Below are positions 58,476 to 64,000 of a stretch of DNA of 64,000 nt, in pieces (position 1 is the stretch's first letter; each line of letters starts with the position of its first letter). The notes below the pieces were generated by a model that was not told where the DNA came from, ran no database searches, and saw only the letters and a program-made list of their open reading frames with translations. Source of the stretch: Trichinella spiralis (taxonomy: Eukaryota); the NCBI RefSeq assembly GCF_000181795.1, contig NW_003526943.1, positions 9,656,849-9,720,848 of the forward strand. Direction: 5' to 3'. The position numbers and the translations under genes are program-made.

Positions 58476-61048
58476 ATGCCTAATGGAGCAATGTCTGAAG
58501 AGAAATGCAATATGAGTGACCAATGCTGCTCTGACGAGAATAGCGATGAAGTTTCCGAGGATGCGGCTAATTCTTCAGCTTTGAAAAATTCAACAGACTA
58601 CAGTGATGAAAATGCAAAAGAAAGTGATGAATGGAATAGCGGTGATGAAGAAGAGGAACGACGTAAAAACGAAGAAGAAGATAAACGACATGCTAATGCG
58701 ATCAGTGAGCTCAGGAAGATTTTACTCGAAGAGGATGTGTCGATGGTGATTTATTCGAATTGTCAAGCTTTATTTTTTCTTAGAGTTTTTGTTTCTTTTA
58801 CTTTCAGGAAGACAAGAGCAAAATTATGGATGAAATAAGAGTGAAAGAGAAAAAAAAGGCTGAAGAAAACCTGCAGCGTCAACGGTCAGTGTTTCAATAG
58901 CACTGGATGAATTGAAATTAATTATTAGTTGATTTTTTTAAAAAAATTATACATTAGATTGAAGGAAGAAAAAATTTTGCAAAGAGAAAAGCGAAAAGAA
59001 GAGCAGAGATTGAAGAAAGAGCAGCTTGAAATTGCCAAGCAGAGAAGAATTGAAGAGAAGGAGCGTCGTATGGCGGAAAAAGAGGCGCAGAAGTTGAAAC
59101 GTGAAGAAGAGAAACGAATCCGCATGGAACAGAAGAAAAAATTGGAAGAGGAAAAGCTTGCTGAGAAGAAAAAGCAAGAAGAGGCTAGGCAGAAGAGATT
59201 GTTGGAAAAGCAGAAGCAAGAGGAGGAAAAGCAGAAGGAAAAAGCACTTCGAGAAAAAGAACGCCAACAAAAGCAGATGGAAAAGGATAAGCTGGAGGAG
59301 GAGAAGCGGCAAAGAATGATGGAAAAAGAAAAATTAGAAAATGAAAAGGTATCCATTTTAAAAAATTTTATTTCACTTTGAAATTTTCATTCATTATCAT
59401 GCATGAAAGTGATATTCTGTGGTTGCTTATTTTTGGCATTTCATTTCTCAGGCCAGAAAGCAAGAAATGATGCAAGAACGTTTCAAGCGATTTTTTATTC
59501 CAGTAAAACCAACCTCTGCAGAAGTAACGAATTGCATTATTTTTCATTTGAACAAGAATTTTGAAGTGTTCAATTTGTAGGATGAAAGTAAGGTAAAAGA
59601 CGAAAATACGGTTTCTGCCATGCCCAGCAATGCTTTGGCATCGAATTCTTCTTTTGAATTGAACAATTTTTACGCTTCTATTTATGCTCAAGTATACTTT
59701 GTGTTCTTGTTGTGTTTAATTTTTAATTATTCTAATTATTTTAAGAATATTCCAATAGAATCGTTAAGATGTGAAATGAAAAAGAAACAATGTCAACTGA
59801 AAAAAAGTCTTCCCATGAAAAAGGATCATCTGTCAAATGATTCAACAATGCCCCGTGTTTATAGAGTTAAATTTTTGCAGCTTGGATTTTCTGCAAGCAA
59901 AAATTGTCCATATATTGGTATATTCAACGATACTAGTGACATTATAACCGGAAGAACACCTCTTGGTCGAGATTGGGTAATTAAAGAATAAAAAAAATTA
60001 TCTTGCATTTGATATTTACAAAAAAATGTTATCATTTAGGAATTATTCGATTATAATCAAGATGAAAGCGACATCAGTGATGCTTGTTTGTCCGAAGTAA
60101 TTGGAAAATTTGTTCAACCGACAAAAGAATTATTAATTGCAGAATTTTATTTCAAACAGGATGACGAAGAAAGTAGTGACAGTTTGGAGATTAATGATTT
60201 CTTTGTACCGGCTGATTATTTGTCAGACTCCGAGAGGGATGGTGATCCTACTGTATGATGTTTTGGTTACTTGCTAATTTTGCGTTGAAAATATTTATTT
60301 CTTCAGTTAAATTCACAGTGTGCAACAGAGCAAGACAAGAGCAAAGAAAAAGAATGCAGCTTCAAGGATGCTTTTGGACGTCGTGTATTTAATAAAAAGG
60401 TAGAAATGGAAATAAAAGGTCCATTTTGGGATTGTTCGGATGCAAATTTTCCACCAGAACTGTCTTTTGCAAAAGTGAGCAATTTACAAATGTTCCAACA
60501 AGATGATCGATCTTTTATCATTCTCCTTTTGCAGATAATAGCAGTGGGTCCAACTCCAGTTTGCACATCGTTGGATTTAGCAATCGGTGAAAAAAGTACT
60601 GCAACCGCGAATCGAACCAAAATCATATCCGATAATAGTATGCTTATTTGAAAAGTCTGAACATTTGCATTATTTTATTTTCGTTTCAGTTTTACCCGAT
60701 TTGATCAATATGGTACATGGGTCGAAAGCAGGCTTGCAAAAAATAGTCGATGCTTTTATTGAAAAGTGTTCTTCAATGAATATTGATGAAATACCATCGA
60801 AAAGGCAGACTGAGAAGAAAATTCGAGAAATTGCCAAACGGGAACTGCTTCCAGGTGGCAGCACATCTTGTTGGGTTGTGTCGGATGAATTGGTAGAAAA
60901 ATACAATCTTCCGAATATTCGTGAAGAAAAACCAAATTTGAAGCGCAGTTTACCCACTTCGATGGATAGCCCAGGTACTTTGGATCGTTTTCTGCAAGCA
61001 GCTGATGAAAAGCGCCAGAAAACAATTCCATCTGTTAATATTTTATGA
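58476..61048 (+). CDS. CHAF1A: Chromatin assembly factor 1 subunit A (p150)-like, multi-exon
   Basis: Long K/E/R coiled coil followed by RFKRFF, VKFLQ...PY.G...GRTPLGRD..LFDY, acidic stretch with DFFVPADYLSDSE, winged-helix-like LINMVHGSK...PSKRQTEKKIREIA...CWVV, and a PIP-like TLDRFL. Confidence 0.8.
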
Positions 61049-61103
61049 TTGCGGTTATTATTATGTATTGAAGTAATTTTAAAAAAATTTCGGCTTTTTT
61101 ACT

Positions 61104-62549
61104 TTATACACCAACGTTGGCATATTCTGCGGCAGCTTTTTTGTTGATTCGACGTAAAATTTTTCCCAACTGATTACCAGGACCAACTTCGTATGTTTTT
61201 GGAAATTTGGTGACACTTTTTGGACGGTCGTAAATTGCGTGCATTATTTGTTCCCATTTCGCCTCTTTGCTAATTTGATCCGCTAAATTCTGTGCTATTT
61301 CATCGGCGCTTTTATACGGCTGGCCTGTGACGTTCGAGTAAACCTTAATCGTTGGATCACGAAACTGAACCATGCTGATCGCTTTTCTCAAAGCACCGTT
61401 GACTGGCTCCATCAGTGGTGTATGGAAAGCCCCGCTAACTGGTAGATGTCGAACTTTGAAATTAAACTCAGCTGAGCTTTCCTCCAAGAACTTCAAACCC
61501 TAAATCGTCCCGATTGATTAGATTTTGACAAAAATATAAACATACAATTTATTTATTTATGCTCACTTCTTTGTGGCCACCAACTACCTTACACTGACCA
61601 TAAAGACTAGAAGCAACTTGGCAAATTGGATTCTCGAAACCTTGTTTACTAAAAAACAAAAAAAATGAAGAATATGAAAGAAAAGAATTGTAAATAATAT
61701 GCCGAAGCCATAAACAAGCTGCTTGGAGTGCTAAATCCAATTTGGAGTTTGGTTTCAAATAGACAGTCATCAAACCAGAGGAGGCGTCGTTGCAAGCCTG
61801 TTGCATTAACGTGGATCTTATTTTGATCAAATGTAAAGCTGAATATTAAAAACCATAATTTGGATTTAAACTTTTTAACAGAAAACAATATATGTGAACC
61901 TGATTCAAAATCCAAAGCACCGGAAAATACAAGCGCCGCATACTCGCCAATACTATAACCTGCGGCAGCAACGCAGCTTTTCACTGCCTGAATGAGAATA
62001 AAAATTAATTTAATTTTAAAAAAATATTTACAATACGTTATGTTTTTCTTGTTCGAGTTTTTTCACTGCAGCTAAAGAAGTGATGAATATTGCAGGCTGA
62101 GCAAATGCTGTTTGTCTGAGTTTACTGACTGGTCCTTCGAGACAAAGTTGAAGCAAATTGTAACCCAGCACTTGTTCCGCAACGTCAAACATCTCTTTCA
62201 CTTCGACAATTTCAGCAACTTGACGTCCCATGCCGACAAATTCGGAATTTTGACCGGGAAACAGAAATATACTAGGAGTTTCATCTTCACAAAAATTCAA
62301 ACTGTCAGAATTGCTTTCCTCATGACAGAATAAATCATCATTCGGTGTTTTATCAATGAAGGAAGACGACAATAATTTCCTTATATTACAGGCATGAATC
62401 CAGCTTTCATTTTTATTTTTCCAATAATGTGAAAATTTCTGCTTTTGTTTATACCGCGAAGACTTTTTAGCGGCTGAACTGCGCAATGAACACCACGATA
62501 TAGTATTTAAGCTATTCATTAATTTCAGCAGACGATACTTTTCTGACAT
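61104..62549 (-). CDS. MCAT: Mitochondrial malonyl-CoA:ACP transacylase, multi-exon (start approximate)
   Basis: IFLFPGQ, AQPAIFITSLAA, AGYSIGEYAAL (GxSxG nucleophile), R..LMQ, LPVSGAFHTPLM, YEVGPG; basic N-terminal presequence. Confidence 0.93.
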
Positions 62550-64000
62550 TGAATTTGCATACCTGAATAACGCACAATATAATGAAAAGAAACCATTTTC
62601 CAGTACTGATAAAAATACCCAAAACCTTTGGTAATGCAGAAAATTAATATACTCAGCACTGTACGTTTCATATTCAAATTTTTTCTTGACGAATATGGCA
62701 AAACATTTGCAGATGTTAATCAAAATTTGCACGCTCATGCAGTTTGTCATTTATTTACAAATTTTATAGCTCACTTTACAGATCAAGATTACATTTTTTC
62801 ATTTTCATTAAAAATTAAAAAAGATTTATGATAAAAGAATGCTACCAAGCAAGAAATTATACGTACGTACGATCAAATTATCAAAAAGTACTCATATTGA
62901 TTTGCTTAACTTTAAACTGACTTAAACTTTATAGGTGTTAACTAATAACATTAGCACAACCATAAATCTTTACTTTTAAAATTATTAAAAATTATGCAGC
63001 TAAATTTCAAATGCTTCCTTTAAAATTTCATTATACTGAAAACTACATTTCGCAAATTTATATTGTAGATGTTAAAGAAAACTAAGTACAATTTTTAATA
63101 AAATAATTTATTTTTTATGCAATAAAACACGGGTTTTTTTTCAAAAAATAATGTACAAAAAATTTTTAATTTTTATTTATGTCAGAAATCGAACCTATAG
63201 TGCAAAATTTTACAACATTTGTATTCTAGAAAATGCTGCATCGCACTGAACTTTTCATGAACAGACAAACATTTTGTTATTTCATTTATATATAAATATA
63301 CTTTAAAAACGGCTGTTATAAAAACTATGCACGCAGGCAAAAAATGCTAAAAGGAAGCTGAGATTTGAAATAACACATTTGATATGAAAATCAAATTCAG
63401 CAATGAAATTTTACTGCAGCAAAAATACATTGAACTATTAAATTCAATGTCTTTAAAACATTATAATTATAAATAAAAATGAAAATTAATTATTATTTAA
63501 AAAATTAATCCATACGAATAATTAATACGGGCATACTGTAATGATGTTGCTGGCATTACAGCTTTCTTTATTCAGTGAACTATGGATGCTGTAAGGTGCA
63601 AAATAATGTCATCGATTTTCTTCATATTTAAAATTTTTACTTTTAATGAAGTTTTATAATGCAACGTTACAGAAGTGCACTTTGTGGTATTTTGCAAAAA
63701 AATGGTATGACCCAGTTATAAAAGCTTTCTTATAAATTGCAGTGAATAAGTAATGTGAAACTTAAATTCCTAGTTTTATGCTAATTTTTTTAGTTTATTG
63801 CTAATTGCTGACTGATAATTTCCGATTTTTTGCAGTTTTACGGAAATAGATTTGAAGAAGCAGCTGTGCAATCTGTACTTTATGTTAGCGATGCTTCACC
63901 TTTTGCAGTTTACTTTTATAAATAGAGAAATAACAAACAAAATAGAATGAATTTTTTATTGTTATTATTGGTGATTTTATATGAGTTGTAAAATTTTTAT

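Noticed and set aside
58925..59356. Long Phe/Ser/Leu-rich minus-strand ORFs
   Set aside because: Antisense reading of the purine-rich KER coiled-coil exon of CHAF1A.

Overview
AT-rich, intron-dense eukaryotic DNA, most consistent with a Trichinella-like nematode (inferred from the expanded DNase II family and the very short introns). The window has two compartments. (1) About 1-31 kb is an accessory island. It holds five tandem, six-exon, signal-peptide-bearing DNase II-family genes that all lack both catalytic histidines and appear to be sequence mosaics of one another. It also holds decayed transposons (two FLYWCH/MULE remnants, an rve integrase, a TTAA-flanked piggyBac deletion derivative and an LTR-like GC-rich piece). 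Between DNase II copies 4 and 5 lies an intact, intronless gene encoding three tandem STAR/GSG-type (QUA1-KH-QUA2-like) modules, which is the most unusual element seen. (2) About 31-64 kb is a housekeeping block: tRNA-Ser, EIPR1, tRNA-Ile (with intron), USP7, a POLDIP3-like RRM gene, a small acidic orphan, TMEM11, PI4K type II, tRNA-Trp, CHAF1A and MCAT. All calls come from manual motif recognition. No searches were run.
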